A DNA stretch of 64,000 nucleotides from assembly GCA_951406725.2 (NCBI GenBank), contig OX597817.1, positions 171,430,001 through 171,494,000 on the forward strand, in the 5' to 3' direction. The stretch is from Octopus vulgaris. Taxonomy: Eukaryota. The notes beneath the pieces were generated by a model that was not told the DNA's origin, did no database searches, and saw only the letters and a program-made list of their open reading frames with translations. The stretch's first letter is position 1; the number at the start of each line of letters is the position of its first letter. Positions 61,736 through 64,000 of this stretch are shown in pieces. The translations under genes were made by a program, and so were the position numbers.

Positions 61736-62885
61736 GGTATGTGTGATGGATGGGGGCAAGGTGCATCTGTGTGTGTGAGATCCTTGCCTTGACACCAGGC
61801 AGCAGTTGTGAATGAGCATCAATCTTCTATGAAAATGTGTCCAGCTATGGAGAAATATTTTATTGCTTGGAAACAGGTGAGGATTTGTTGACAGGTAAGG
61901 CATCAAGCTGTAGAGAAATGTGAAGAATGGACGTACTCCAAGAGATAATCCAATGATGTAACATAATCCAGGGAGGTAATCCAAGGTTTAAGATGATCCA
62001 AGAACTAGGTACTCCAGAGTATTAGTCAGGTGGACGTTTGATCCAGGCAAATATGGAAAAGTGGGAGTTAAAATGGGGGTCATAATGATGATATACATAT
62101 AGCCATGTATATACATATATCTAATATGAAATATATATATATATATATATATATACCTAAATATATAGTTATATGTATGTTATATATCATGTATATGCAT
62201 ATTTAATATAATATAATATATATATATATATATATATATTTATACATATCTGTGGATATATATCATCATTGTTCCAACGTTCACTTTTTCATGCCTGTAT
62301 GGTTCAGATGGAATTCATTGAAGCAGAATTCCTACTATCGAATGCCTTTCCTGCTGCTAACCCTCATTTCCTTCCAAGTAAAGAAATATTTCCACATACC
62401 AAGACATCTTTTCACAGAAAACTAGAAATGGATGACAGGGATTGTATGATAGTGACCTTCACAACTATTGCATGGTGTCAATACAAGGAGACAAAAAGAT
62501 ACACATACAATGGATCTATTACAGTTACCTATTTCTTTATTACCCACAAGGGGCTAAACACAGAGCGGACAAACAAGGACAGACATAGGTATTAAGTCGA
62601 TTACATCGATCCCAGTGCGTAACTGGTACTTAATTTATCGACCCCGAAAGGATGAAATGCAAAGTCGACCTCAGCGGAATTTGAACTCACAACGTAACGC
62701 AGATGAAATAGCGTGAAGCCGCCTTTACAGTTACCGATCTATTACAGTTACCATTTACCAAAACCTTTCATGGGGCTTTGGTTGACCCAGGGCTTTAGTT
62801 GAAAACACACAGTGATCTGAACCTGAAACTGTGTGGTTGGGAAGCAACCACAGAGCAAAACCTGTGCCTATAGACACACATACAA

Positions 62886-62917
<32 letters not shown>

Positions 62918-62958
62918 GTGTGTGTATACATATCTTATAAATATTATGTATAGATATG

Positions 62959-63173
62959 TACTCTTTTACCCTTTTACTTGTTTCAGTCATTTGACTGTGG
63001 CCATGATGGAGCACCGCCTTTAATCGAGCAACTCGACCCCGGGACTTATTCTTTGTAAGCCCAGTACTTATTCTATCGTTCTCTTTTGGCGAACCGCTAA
63101 GTGACGGGGACGTAAACACCAGCATCGGTTGTCAAGCAATGCTAGAGGGACAAACACAGACACACAAACATAT

Positions 63174-63206
<33 letters not shown>

Positions 63207-63377
63207 CATATATACAATGGGCTTCTTTCAGTTTCCGTCTACCAAATCCACTCACAAGGCATTGGTTGGCCCTGGGCTATAGCAGAAGACACTTGCCCAA
63301 GATGCCACGCAGTGGGACTGAACCCGGAACCATGTGGTTGGTTAGCAAGCTACTTACCACACAGCCACTCCTGCACC
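62959..63377 (-). mobile_element. SINE family A, full length
   Basis: Matches the family A consensus. Confidence 0.85.
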
Positions 63378-63395
63378 TATATACATATATTTATG

Positions 63396-63448
<53 letters not shown>

Positions 63449-63605
63449 GAAAGTGCAAATTCTTATGCCATAAGGAGCAGTGGAGCTGACTGACACAGTA
63501 GAATGCCAAACTGTAAGCCAAAATTAGTTTTCGTGCAGTATGCTTCTGGATCAAGTTTCAGTAGTGCCATAGTCAATTTCCATACCTCTGAGGTTAAATC
63601 TGAGC

Positions 63606-63660
<55 letters not shown>

Positions 63661-63751
63661 TACCCACATTAATTCTAACAACTATGGGGTACTAAGCTAA
63701 TAAATCATATGCTTTAGAAAATGAAGGATGATAATTTGATGTGAGTGTTTG

Positions 63752-63842
<91 letters not shown>

Positions 63843-63855
63843 GTATATATATATA

Positions 63856-63899
<44 letters not shown>

Positions 63900-64000
63900 C
63901 TACACACACATACACAAACACACACACACGCGCGCACGCACCCACATACACACGCCCACACCTAGAAAATGACAAAATTTATGAAACATGCCTACAAGAA

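Noticed and set aside
59699-63681. Minus-strand ORFs at 59699-59905 and 63463-63600 as upstream junctophilin exons
   Set aside because: No clear splice-site pairs and no MORN or junctophilin-like sequence.

Overview
This is AT-rich eukaryotic genomic DNA. The SINE families, (TA)n/(CA)n/(CAT)n microsatellite load and gene structure point to an octopod cephalopod (inference). It holds two convergent spliced genes that the ORF track mostly misses. (1) On the + strand, 12 exons (1..33314, N-terminus upstream of the window) splice in frame into ~318 aa of a type-2 malate/L-lactate dehydrogenase (Ldh_2, YjmC/AllD/ComC-like) oxidoreductase. (2) On the - strand, the last coding exon (54889..54803) of a probable junctophilin encodes the C-terminal tail anchor. 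It is followed by a TE-poor, microsatellite-rich stretch that may be a very long 3' UTR carrying several long stem-loops. The rest is transposon debris: three tRNA-headed SINE families, an RTE-tailed repeat, CR1/RTE/R4 LINE fragments, Tc1/mariner, piggyBac-like and other MITEs, and non-autonomous Helitrons. The most notable hidden signals are a minimal type-I hammerhead ribozyme in sense orientation in the junctophilin last intron, three long unique-sequence hairpins in the putative 3' UTR, a 5'-inverted (twin-priming-like) RTE LINE, and several short local duplications. All coordinates were read by eye; repeat boundaries are approximate. No CRISPR arrays, rRNA genes or genuine tRNA genes were seen.
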